Virus record (IMG/VR): IMGVR_UViG_3300027874_000157 | Span: 1 to 44,255 of that record | Length of the DNA: 44,255 nucleotides | Reading direction: 5' to 3' (one strand) | From: a virus | Lineage: Duplodnaviria > Caudoviricetes | Shown: one piece after another, positions 9,620 to 18,774 of the stretch | Numbering within the stretch: position 1 is the first letter of the stretch | Layout: every line of letters begins with the position of its first letter | Made by a program: the position numbers and the translations under genes | The notes under the pieces: generated by a model | Told to the model about the DNA's origin: nothing | What the model saw: only the letters and a program-made list of their open reading frames with translations | Databases searched by the model: none

Positions 9620-12600
9620 CAGGACCTCCGGGTCACTACTGGGGTGCTGGAGCCGACCACCGCGCCACCGCGCACCGGCGTGGCGCCGCCGACCACGGCA
9701 CCGCCGCCGCCCACGATTGGGCCAGTCGAAGTCGGCGTGGCCTCAGCGGGCGGCAGCACGTTTTCAGGGTTGTCCTCACCCTTGCGGTGCATATCGTCCA
9801 CCAGCGCCTGCACCGCCTGGTCCCACAGTTCGGGCGTCATCTCGGTGCGCACTGCATCTCTGACGCGGCTCTCCACCAGATCGACTGCCTTGGCTTTGTC
9901 GGCGTTGCTGCTGGTCTTCCACTCGTCCGAGCCGACCAGCACCTGCAACATGGAGTACGTCAGCTGGCCGACCTGGCGCTGGTAGTCCTGCTGCTGCTCG
10001 TTGCGCAAATCGACGGGCTGGCCGGCCACGCTGATCGACTTGCCCACCAGCCCTGGCTGGACGTTGTAGTCGCGCAGATCCAGTTCGGCCAGCGCCTTTT
10101 CGACCGGATCCTCGGTGGCGGTGCTGGGGTTGAACGGGTTCAGCACCTCCAGGCCCGAGGTCGGGCCACGCCGCGGCTCACCGAAGGCGTTCAGACGCGG
10201 CTGGACACGCTCTTGCAGAAACGGCACGCGGGCCATCATCGCCTCCAGCGGGTTCTGCGGGTCGCGGATGGTGTTGTCCTGGGCGCGTGCCAGGATGCCC
10301 ATGAGCGCCGAGGCGGGCGTGATGCTGGTCGCCTGGCGTTCGGCGTAGTCGTTCAGCATGCCCATCGGATCGCGACCCTTGGCACCCTGACCGCTCATCA
10401 CGTCCATGGCGTCCATCAGGCCCTGGGTCCAGGGCATGTCCAGCATGCTCTGACCCGCGGTGAACGCCGCCAGCGCCGCCAGCCCGGCCACGTCCTTGGA
10501 CTTGCGCGGGTCGTTCAGCTGCTGGCGCACGTTGGCAGCTGCCGAGATGAGCGGCGTGAACGGCTGGAGCGACTGGTAGCTGTACCACTTGCTATCCAGC
10601 GGTGAGCGGAACGAATACGGCTGCTTGCCCTGGCGGTAGAAGGCGTCCCGCTCGGTCGGGTCATCCGGCGCCCGTCCCGTCAGGTTGTCGCCGCTCCAGG
10701 CGGTCAGGCCGCCGAAGACCGCGGAGCCCAGGGCGGCGCGTGAGATGCGCTCGGCCAGGTCGCCCGCGCCCTTGGTCCGCAGCGCTTCGCGGCCAGCTGG
10801 CGTGGCAAAGTCGGCCAGGATCTTGGCCGCGCCCAGCGGGGAGCGCTCCAGGGTGTACTGCATCATGTTGACCGGCGTACGGGCGAACGGCATCAGAAAC
10901 CGCGTGGCGGGCAGATCGTGGCGCAGCCTGAGCAGCGCATTCGACACGGTTGTGTCCTGCTGGAAGGTGCGGTACTTGCCTTCTTCCTTCAGCTGCTTCA
11001 GGAAGTCCTCGGTCGGGTTGCGCATGATCTCGAGCATGCGGTCGCGCACATCGCCGGCGCCGCGCACGCCTTCCTGCATCGCCTGGCGGTACGCCATCCG
11101 ATACGCGGCTCCCTGCTGATTCAGGGCCCTGAAGAACAGGTCCTCGGCCTCGAGGGCGCGGCCTGGGATGTGCACGCCGGCCAGGGGCGTGCCGGCCCAC
11201 GCCTCGGGGTGCGCCCGCTCGGCGATGATCTCCTCGGCGCTGGGCCCGTGCAGCATGGCGTCCAGGGCATTGCGCACGCCGCCGCCCAGACCACCCTCCA
11301 GGCCGACCATGTCAGCCAGCTTGGGATCCAGCCCGGCTAGCTGGCCGAGGGGTTGCGCCAGGGCTTCGCCAAAGAAGCGCTCGCGGCCCGCGGTCTTGCC
11401 GCCGATGGCCCTGATCATCAGGCGCGCCAGCGGGTCAGCTGCCGCGGCGCCAGCTGCCTCGGGCGTCACGCTGGCGGCGGCCACGCTGTTGCCGATGACG
11501 TTGCGCATGTGCGTCACCGGCGAGGACAGCATGTTGAAGTACCAGAGCGCCATCAGCTTGTCCATCTTGGACGCGGGGTTCAGTTCCCTGGCGAGGTTGC
11601 CGAGCGTCTTGGGGTCGCTCAGGTCCACGTTCGACAGGTGGTTGACCAGTTCCTCGGCGCCCATGCCCTTGGCCTGGGCCATCTTGGTCAGACGATCCAG
11701 CAGCAGGTTGGTCCCCTCGACGGGCTCGCGGAACTGGCGCACGGCGCGGCCTGCCTCCGCGGTAACCCCGGTGACTGCCTCCTGCACCGCCTGGTGGCGG
11801 GTCATCGCCTTGAGCATCTCCATCCTGGCGTCCAGGCTGGTCGGCGCGTCGCGGAGCGCCTTCTGGGCTTCGACCACCCTGGCGCCCGAGTCGGCCATAG
11901 CCTGGCGCATGGCGTAGATGGTCTCGGCGTTCTTGGCGTCGCCGGGATTCCAGAAGTTGATCATCGCCCGCAGCCGCTTGGGGTCGATCTGGTCAGCCAT
12001 CTCGCGCACCACGTCATCTGGGATGACCCCGCGGCGCGCCGCGTCCATGGCGTCCGGCATGCGGTCGTACGCGTCCTGAATAACCTGCTGGATCTCTTCA
12101 GGCTGGAACTTGTACTTATCGAAGTTCAGCCCGTAGCGGCCAGCTTCACCAGCTGCGCCCTTGACCTCCTCGGCGACGCGAGCCACCCGCCCCAGCGCAC
12201 CCAGGCCGAGCGGCAAGCCGAGCGCTCGAGACACACCGGCGCGTCCAGCCCCAAGCGCAGCACCGCCCAGCGCTGCGGTCGCCACGTCCTGGGGGGTGGC
12301 ACCGGGTTGCTGGGCGGCAGTGGAGCCACTGGCGAGGGCTCCGTAGGCAGCTTGTTGGGCGAGGGTGCTTCTTAGCGGCTGCGCCCCTTGGTCTGCGACG
12401 ATGCCTGCTCGGGGCCCCTGGAAGAGGCGGGCGGCTTCTGCGGCGAGATCTCCGGGTCCGCCTGCTCCAGCATCTGATAGACGTCCTGCGAGCCCACTCT
12501 CAATTTCTTGCCATTTAGCAGCTGCGCTGCCTCCGGACTGCCGAATGGAATCGAGATAACCTTCGCCATTGGGCTGATTGCTCCAGTCGTTTGAGAAGAA

Positions 12601-15600
12601 TTCGCCATCGAAGCGTGCGGGCGTTTCACTAACGGTGGCGTCAGATTCTAACGCGTTGAGGGCTTTTCTCCCAGCAACGTGGAACGCCTTGTTGGGGCTG
12701 TCGCTGCGGTTGATGATCCAGGCCCCATCCTCCGTTGGAATCACCTTGCCCACGCCTGGGCCGGTGAGCGCGTCGAGATGATCTTGCAGCTGGGCGATCT
12801 CGTCGGCGGAAAGTGCACGGTCTGCGGTGACTGCCAGCCCGTTCGCCTCGTCCAGCTTGCGGGCGTCGAACATCCTGGCCCAGCTGGCCTCAGGCAACTT
12901 GAGCGCCTTGGCAATTCCGGCGGTGTAGACGTTCATCGCCTGGCGAGAGGCGGCGTCTACCATGCCGATGGCTTCGGGCAGTTCGACACCCTCGCGTGAG
13001 GCGCGAGCCTTCGCCAGGAAGATCTTGCCATCAGCCCCCAGCAGCCCCAGGTCGCGGGCCACGGTATCCACGCCGCTTTCGTCCTGCACCAGATTGCGAA
13101 TCTGATCGGCGGCGGCACCGCCCATCTGACCCAGGCGCTCAGCCAGGGCCGTGCCGTAGTGATAGGTGCCCGCGGCAGACAGGTCCATGGGCACCTTGCG
13201 CGTAGCGAACTTCGCGCCTGGGTTCTCCCAGCCCGCCTTTGCCGCGACCCAGATCGCGGCCTGGGCCTGCTCGGGCGTCCAACCCAACTCCTTGGCGATG
13301 CGGCCCACCTCGTCAGCAGCGAACTCGTACTGGCCGGTCTTGGGCGACGGGGAATTCCGCAGCGAGTTCATCGCTCGCATCATCCAGAAGTCGATGGTCG
13401 AACCGGTCTCGCCCGACTCGCGGCCCATCTCGAGGTACTTCTCGTTGTCGATGTTCTTCATCAGGTTGCGATAGAAGTTGTTGGTCTTGGCTCCCTCCCA
13501 ATCGAGCCCTCCCTCCAACAGCTGCCGCGCCCGTTCGTTCGGTCCCGACATGCCAGGCACGTCGATGGGCACGCCTTGCTTGAACTGGGTCCACGCCATG
13601 AGCGCCCGGTTCATGTTGTCGTTGACGGGCGTGCGGTTCGAGTAGATCGCCACCAGCTGCGCAATCTTCTCGGCCTCAGTCTTGTCGCCCTGAGCGGCCT
13701 CCATGATCTTCTGGCTGGAATCGTCGTACCAGAAGCGCTGCTCCTTCCCCATGTCGGCCAGGGCGCGCAGCTGGTTGCGGATGCGCGCTAATCCCTCGGG
13801 CGTCTGGGCCATTTCGAACGGATTCAGCGCTGCCTTGCCGTACTTGCTCGGAGCCTCGTCAAGGGTTCGCTGGGCATCGGCGATCTCCTCAGGCGTCAGG
13901 TCCTTGCCAATGGCGGCTCTGACTGCGTCCGCCACGTCACCGGCGATGTTGTCCTCGAGCGGTGCAGTCTGGATGGCGCCGGTAGCCTTGCGCACCTTCG
14001 AGACGACGTCCTCGCCATCCGCCACGAGGTTGGACATGCCACCCAGACGCTCCGCGCCGCGCAACAACTCGGGCACCTCGGTGGCGCCCTGGAACGCCAG
14101 AAACGGGGCCTGGCCGGGATCCAGCCCGACGCCAGCTGCCAGGCGCGCCGCACCCGCAGCTGAACTGAGGGGGAGTTTCCCGGCCAGGGTCTCGGGGGCG
14201 ATCAGGCCCGCGGCCAGCGACTGGGCCAGGCCGGACTGCGCCTCGGTCGCTTCGTAGTTGGGGTTGCGCCTGGCGAGGGCGTCGATGGCGTCCCAGCTGT
14301 TCAGGGCCTGCTGGGTGTAGTCGCTGCGCGCCTGGCGCAGCTGCTGCAAGCGATCCAACTCCTCGTCGGTGCCGCGCCGCCCAGTCGCCAGGTCGGCAGG
14401 CCGCGAGGCGATGTCGTTCGCCAGCTGGTAGTACTGGTCGGTCAGCGAGCCGTACGTGGGATCCTCTGTGCGCAGCTGCTCCTCGGCCAGGTTGCGCCGA
14501 TCCAGGCCCCTGAGCGGTCCCGCCGCGGGACCTTCGGTAAAGGCACCCCAGCGCTCGCCGGCCCACTGAGCCGGAGGCGACTCGCGGGCGGCGTTCACAC
14601 CCGTGCCGAGTCCGCTCAGGACGTCGCCGGTGACGTTCGCCATGGCCCGTCCGCCCAGCGCCTCGGGCGCCTGGACTGGCACACCGGCCACAGTCGGCGC
14701 AGGCCGGTTGGGCAGCGCTTCGGTGTAGCCCAGAGCGCTCTTGAAGGCGTCCGCGATGCCGCTGCCGAGTCGGTCCCAGACCGAGGTCTGCGGCGCAGTC
14801 GCCGCATTCGCCCGCCCGAAGTCGGTGTAGCTGGGCGGACCACCCGGCGCGCCAGGCTCGAGGCGATTGACGGTTGGCGCAGCTGGCGCTGGTGGCGCAA
14901 CTGTTGGCGCAGCTGGCGCAGCCAGGGCACTCAACGCTTCGGCGCCAGGCGTCCTGGCATTAAGGTCCTGGGCGCCCCGGGCTGCGCCACTGACCGCCTG
15001 GTCCAGGTTGCGCGTCTGCTCGTCCAGCCAGGCGCGGCCACGCTCCTGGGCGGCATTCGACTGCTGCATGAGCGCATCCCACGGGCTCGCACTCGGCGTC
15101 GCCGAGGTGAACTGCTGCCCAGCTGAGGTCGGCGGATTGGCGGTGCTGGGGGCGGCCACGGTCGGGTTGTTCGCCAGCAGCGCTCCCTGAACGGGGCCCA
15201 TGACGGATGTCATCTGGTCGGGCGTCATCCACTCCGAGCCGCCTTTCAGATCGCTGCCGGAACGCCCGACGTGGAACTGGCCGGTCTGCGGGTTGTAGCT
15301 GTCCGCGGTGAAGTAGTGACCCTGGGTGCTGATGGTGACCGGGTTACCCGTCTGCGCCTCCTGGGCGATGCGGTCCCACTGCGCGCCCTGGATCAGCGTC
15401 GTGTCCACTCCCATCTTGTTCATGAGCGCCTGCTCGCTGGCGATGCCGGCCATCCCGCCAGCCTCGGTCCAGCCCACCGTCTTCGCCAGGTCGACGGCTT
15501 CCCTCAGCGTCGGATTGCGCCCGAACCTTTGAGCAAATCGGACAGCGGCAGCTGGGCCACATGCGCTATATGCCTCATCATTCGACAGCTGGGGGTCTCC

Positions 15601-16632
15601 GAACTGGGAGATGTCCTTGTAGGCCGCTTGCTGGGCGGCCCCCGTGCGCGCCAGCAGCTGGCCGACATCCGGCGGGGCCTGGACGTTCTGCCCGCCCAGG
15701 ATGTTGTTGACGTAGCGGTTGGTCTCCTCGAAGGGCGGCACGCCACCGTACTTGTCGACGTTGCCCTGGCCGGCGTTGTAGGCCGCCAGCGCCCTGGAGT
15801 AGTCGCCCCCGTTGCGCGCCAGGTTGGTCTTCATCAGGTTGGCGGCGTAGTCCAGACTGGCGTACGGGTCGCTGGTGTCCACGCCAGGGTGGTACTGGGG
15901 CACGATCTGGGCGATGCCGCTGGCCCCAACTGGGCTCTTCGCGTTCGGGTTGAAGCCCGACTCCTGCTGGATCTGCCGCTCGAAGATGTCCGGGTCGACG
16001 CCCGCCTGGGCGGCCACATCCCGTGCGTACTGGTGCAGATCGCCACCCCGCTGGGGCTGACCGGTGATGGCTCGGCCTGGCTGGGCCTGGTTCAGCGCTT
16101 GCAGCTGGTCGCCCAGGCCGGCGGTGCCCGCACTGATCGTGCTCTGCAACTGATTGAGCATGTCCGGCGAGGCGCCCGCCAGGGGCGGCTGGTTGGCCTG
16201 CTGAAGCTGGTCGCCCAGGCCGCTGGTGCCCGCGGCAATCGTGCTTTGCAGCTGGTTGAGCATGTCCGGCGAGGCGGCGCTGGGCGCGCCTGGCTGTGGG
16301 GCAGCTTGGGGAGAAGCAGCTGCCTGGGGGCTCGGCGCGCCAGCGCTGATCGCGGCTTGCAGCTGGGCCTGCATGTCCGGCGTGGCCGCGCCCTGGGGCG
16401 CAGCCGGTGCTTCAGCCGAGGGAGGCTGGGCCAGGGGCGGCTGGTTGGCCTGCTCCGCGGCGGCGCCCACCGTGCTGGTGAAGTTGCTGGCCGCGGTATG
16501 CAGTTCGTTCATCTTGTCCTGGGCGGCTTGCAGGAACGACCAGCTGTCGATCTTTTCCTGCGCCTTGCGCTTGAACTCGTCCTGCTGGTAGCTGGCGTAG
16601 GTGTCCTGGTCGACGTCGGGCAGCATCGTCAT
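9619..16632 (-). CDS. Giant polyvalent internal virion (ejection) protein: lytic transglycosylase + C39-like peptidase + glycosylase-like domain + gp16-like C-terminus
   Basis: Likely start MTMLPD at 16632 (~2337 aa). SLT motifs QQESGFNP..SPVGASGIAQ and ALAAYNAG; papain-fold SACGPAA...GHYF; WY..S..N..KT.NF..TID..Y..QAAIW domain; C-terminal PFARTP.N and G.QPYS..WYSY..L.P. Confidence 0.85.
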   Translation of the reverse strand: MTMLPDVDQDTYASYQQDEFKRKAQEKIDSWSFLQAAQDKMNELHTAASNFTSTVGAAAEQANQPPLAQPPSAEAPAAPQGAATPDMQAQLQAAISAGAPSPQAAASPQAAPQPGAPSAASPDMLNQLQSTIAAGTSGLGDQLQQANQPPLAGASPDMLNQLQSTISAGTAGLGDQLQALNQAQPGRAITGQPQRGGDLHQYARDVAAQAGVDPDIFERQIQQESGFNPNAKSPVGASGIAQIVPQYHPGVDTSDPYASLDYAANLMKTNLARNGGDYSRALAAYNAGQGNVDKYGGVPPFEETNRYVNNILGGQNVQAPPDVGQLLARTGAAQQAAYKDISQFGDPQLSNDEAYSACGPAAAVRFAQRFGRNPTLREAVDLAKTVGWTEAGGMAGIASEQALMNKMGVDTTLIQGAQWDRIAQEAQTGNPVTISTQGHYFTADSYNPQTGQFHVGRSGSDLKGGSEWMTPDQMTSVMGPVQGALLANNPTVAAPSTANPPTSAGQQFTSATPSASPWDALMQQSNAAQERGRAWLDEQTRNLDQAVSGAARGAQDLNARTPGAEALSALAAPAAPTVAPPAPAAPTVNRLEPGAPGGPPSYTDFGRANAATAPQTSVWDRLGSGIADAFKSALGYTEALPNRPAPTVAGVPVQAPEALGGRAMANVTGDVLSGLGTGVNAARESPPAQWAGERWGAFTEGPAAGPLRGLDRRNLAEEQLRTEDPTYGSLTDQYYQLANDIASRPADLATGRRGTDEELDRLQQLRQARSDYTQQALNSWDAIDALARRNPNYEATEAQSGLAQSLAAGLIAPETLAGKLPLSSAAGAARLAAGVGLDPGQAPFLAFQGATEVPELLRGAERLGGMSNLVADGEDVVSKVRKATGAIQTAPLEDNIAGDVADAVRAAIGKDLTPEEIADAQRTLDEAPSKYGKAALNPFEMAQTPEGLARIRNQLRALADMGKEQRFWYDDSSQKIMEAAQGDKTEAEKIAQLVAIYSNRTPVNDNMNRALMAWTQFKQGVPIDVPGMSGPNERARQLLEGGLDWEGAKTNNFYRNLMKNIDNEKYLEMGRESGETGSTIDFWMMRAMNSLRNSPSPKTGQYEFAADEVGRIAKELGWTPEQAQAAIWVAAKAGWENPGAKFATRKVPMDLSAAGTYHYGTALAERLGQMGGAAADQIRNLVQDESGVDTVARDLGLLGADGKIFLAKARASREGVELPEAIGMVDAASRQAMNVYTAGIAKALKLPEASWARMFDARKLDEANGLAVTADRALSADEIAQLQDHLDALTGPGVGKVIPTEDGAWIINRSDSPNKAFHVAGRKALNALESDATVSETPARFDGEFFSNDWSNQPNGEGYLDSIRQSGGSAAAKWQEIESGLAGRLSDAGAGGPGDLAAEAARLFQGPRAGIVADQGAQPLRSTLAQQAAYGALASGSTAAQQPGATPQDVATAALGGAALGAGRAGVSRALGLPLGLGALGRVARVAEEVKGAAGEAGRYGLNFDKYKFQPEEIQQVIQDAYDRMPDAMDAARRGVIPDDVVREMADQIDPKRLRAMINFWNPGDAKNAETIYAMRQAMADSGARVVEAQKALRDAPTSLDARMEMLKAMTRHQAVQEAVTGVTAEAGRAVRQFREPVEGTNLLLDRLTKMAQAKGMGAEELVNHLSNVDLSDPKTLGNLARELNPASKMDKLMALWYFNMLSSPVTHMRNVIGNSVAAASVTPEAAGAAAADPLARLMIRAIGGKTAGRERFFGEALAQPLGQLAGLDPKLADMVGLEGGLGGGVRNALDAMLHGPSAEEIIAERAHPEAWAGTPLAGVHIPGRALEAEDLFFRALNQQGAAYRMAYRQAMQEGVRGAGDVRDRMLEIMRNPTEDFLKQLKEEGKYRTFQQDTTVSNALLRLRHDLPATRFLMPFARTPVNMMQYTLERSPLGAAKILADFATPAGREALRTKGAGDLAERISRAALGSAVFGGLTAWSGDNLTGRAPDDPTERDAFYRQGKQPYSFRSPLDSKWYSYQSLQPFTPLISAAANVRQQLNDPRKSKDVAGLAALAAFTAGQSMLDMPWTQGLMDAMDVMSGQGAKGRDPMGMLNDYAERQATSITPASALMGILARAQDNTIRDPQNPLEAMMARVPFLQERVQPRLNAFGEPRRGPTSGLEVLNPFNPSTATEDPVEKALAELDLRDYNVQPGLVGKSISVAGQPVDLRNEQQQDYQRQVGQLTYSMLQVLVGSDEWKTSSNADKAKAVDLVESRVRDAVRTEMTPELWDQAVQALVDDMHRKGEDNPENVLPPAEATPTSTGPIVGGGGAVVGGATPVRGGAVVGSSTPVVTRRS

Positions 16633-16811
16633 GCGGGCGCCTCGCGGCGGACCTGGGTGCGAGCGGCGCAGTACGCGCAGAAGCGTGGGTGACGGATCAG
16701 GTCCTCGAGGCACACCACGCCGAACTGGGCGCCGCACGCCGAGCAAGTGCAGGCGTACACGACCACCCCCTCGGGCACGTCCAGGGCGATGCGCCTTACC
16801 TCAACCGCCAC
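16629..16811 (-). CDS. Small zinc-ribbon protein
   Basis: CSAC...CAYC; coupled to the giant protein start. Confidence 0.6.
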   Translation of the reverse strand: MAVEVRRIALDVPEGVVVYACTCSACGAQFGVVCLEDLIRHPRFCAYCAARTQVRREAPA

Positions 16812-17716
16812 GTCCCGGCCCCAGGCGCATTGGTGGCGTACTTCGGCAGGCTCTGGCCGAGCAGAGCGCTGACGTCATCCTTGTTCCAGCCCTGGGACTC
16901 GTACTGGCCCAGGATCATCTGCTGCTGGCTGGGCGCCAGGTTCTTCCACGATTGAGCGGCGATCTGGTTCGGCGCGGGCAGGTTGTACTGGGTGTTGTCG
17001 GCGCCCATGGTGTTGGTCCCGCCGCCAGCTGCCTCCTGGGGTGTGCCCGTGCCGGCCACCTGGCCCATCATCGTCTGCAAGTTGGCCGCCTGGGGTGCCT
17101 GGCCGGTGGTCGCGCCACCACCCGGCACGTACTGGCCCATGGCCGCGGCGACCAGGTCGCGCATGCCGCCGGGCGTGGAGCCGAGAACCTGCTGGTACTT
17201 GGCCCAGTCGGCGGGCCCGCGCAGCTGGGACAGCAGGTTCAGGTAGTTCTGGGCGGTCTGCTGCTGCGCGGTCTGGTTGGCTCTGGCCTCCTGGGCCGAG
17301 GCGAGCCACTGGTTGTACTGCTGCTGCTGGGCCTGGAGCGTCTGCTGCCCAGTGGTCGGCGTGGCGCCTGGGGCGTAGTACTGGCCGTACTGGTTGGACA
17401 GGTTGTACGCCTGCTGCCACTGCTGTTGCTGCTGGGCCATCGTCTGCTGGCCGCCGGTCGGCGCGCCCCAGGTACCGAAGGTCTCGGCCTGCCACTGCTG
17501 GACAGGCATCGTGAACTGACCCTCGTACATGCCCGTCAGGCCAGCCTTGTCGGTGACCTCCTTCCAGGCTTCCTGGGCCTTGCGGAAGGCGAGGTCCTCG
17601 CGTTGGTACTGGAGCATGCCCTGCTGATAGGCGTCCTGGGCGGCCTGGCGGGCCTGGTCGATGACGTTCTGGTGGTATTGCGGGTTGTAGCCCTGCGGCG
17701 CGTCGCCATCAGCCAT
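16796..17716 (-). CDS. Putative internal virion protein (Q/A/G-rich)
   Basis: 306 aa with GGAGG RBS, within the ejection-protein cluster. Confidence 0.6.
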   Translation of the reverse strand: MADGDAPQGYNPQYHQNVIDQARQAAQDAYQQGMLQYQREDLAFRKAQEAWKEVTDKAGLTGMYEGQFTMPVQQWQAETFGTWGAPTGGQQTMAQQQQQWQQAYNLSNQYGQYYAPGATPTTGQQTLQAQQQQYNQWLASAQEARANQTAQQQTAQNYLNLLSQLRGPADWAKYQQVLGSTPGGMRDLVAAAMGQYVPGGGATTGQAPQAANLQTMMGQVAGTGTPQEAAGGGTNTMGADNTQYNLPAPNQIAAQSWKNLAPSQQQMILGQYESQGWNKDDVSALLGQSLPKYATNAPGAGTWRLR

Positions 17717-17719
17717 GGC

Positions 17720-18259
17720 TTACGGTCCTCCTGTGAGCGGGCCAGCTGCCATCCGCGGGGGTGGCGCCGGCGGCGGCGGTGCGCCCGGAGTGATCAACCC
17801 CGGGGGTGCGCCGGGAAGCGGGACGTTCGGATTCTGACCAGGGATCGGACCAGGCGGTGCGCCACCCATGGGCGGCAGGCCCATCATCTCCGCGGTAGGA
17901 CCGGGCGCAGCGGCGGGCGGCGGCGGGGGCGCCAGGGCGTCGATGGAGTCGTGGTCGACCGGCTTGGGCTTCAACTCCGGATGGGCCTTGATGACCGCCT
18001 TGTAAACGGTGGCGAAGCCCTCCGGACCCAGGCGGGCCAACTCCTTGGCGCGCCCAGCTGCGTTCGGCGAGCCGTCCGGGTTGAACAGCAGGCGGGTGTA
18101 CACCTCGATCTTCTGCTGCTCGGTCAGTGTCGCGGCGAACGGCGCCTGGCGCGGCGCCATAGCCACGGCGATCTCGGTCGCGGTCTGGTCGATCCACAGC
18201 GCCAGGTCGTTCGCCACGTCATCGAACATGCTGGTGGGCGGCATCAGGCGCAACTCCAC
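17720..18259 (-). CDS. Hypothetical protein with a Pro-rich tail
   Basis: Coherent ORF in the late operon; exact start uncertain (18259 or ~18244). Confidence 0.65.
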   Translation of the reverse strand: MELRLMPPTSMFDDVANDLALWIDQTATEIAVAMAPRQAPFAATLTEQQKIEVYTRLLFNPDGSPNAAGRAKELARLGPEGFATVYKAVIKAHPELKPKPVDHDSIDALAPPPPPAAAPGPTAEMMGLPPMGGAPPGPIPGQNPNVPLPGAPPGLITPGAPPPPAPPPRMAAGPLTGGP

Positions 18260-18774
18260 GGCAGCTGGAGGGAGTCGATGGGCGCCAGTTCATGCTGGGG
18301 GACGAAGAACGCCGGCGAGCGCAGCTGGTGCTTGCCCATCTCGGTCTTCCAGTAGCGCTCGGCCTGGGCATCCCGCCCCAGGATCCAGCCGCGGATCCAG
18401 AAGCGAGGTCCGCAGCCGCACACCAGCACAAACGGGTCATCCGGCGGATCGCTGCGATGCACGATCAGGTGCCCGCTCGGCAGGGGTGTGCTGCGCACCT
18501 GGGCGCCGCCGACGTCCTTGGCCCGCTTGTTGCCCAGCGCGCCGGACCAGTACACGCCGAAGTGCTTGGCGACTACCTTCTCAGCCAGGGCGCCCTCGAT
18601 GTTGCGCTGGGCCGCCTCGCTATCGGGGATGGCGTGGGCCGGTCTCGAGCCGTCGTACAGATCGTCTATGTGGCGCGTGCAGCCGACCATGTAGCCCTGC
18701 AACATCTCGCTCTTGCCCATCACCACGAGGACTCCCTGCTGGAGTCCGAGGTCGGACTGGAGCGACAGGCTCAC
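18244..18774 (-). CDS. Hypothetical protein, possibly PD-(D/E)XK nuclease-like
   Basis: GALAE..VA...D.GG.QVR...L...D..FVLV...I.GW pattern; coupled to the portal stop. Confidence 0.55.
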   Translation of the reverse strand: MSLSLQSDLGLQQGVLVVMGKSEMLQGYMVGCTRHIDDLYDGSRPAHAIPDSEAAQRNIEGALAEKVVAKHFGVYWSGALGNKRAKDVGGAQVRSTPLPSGHLIVHRSDPPDDPFVLVCGCGPRFWIRGWILGRDAQAERYWKTEMGKHQLRSPAFFVPQHELAPIDSLQLPWSCA

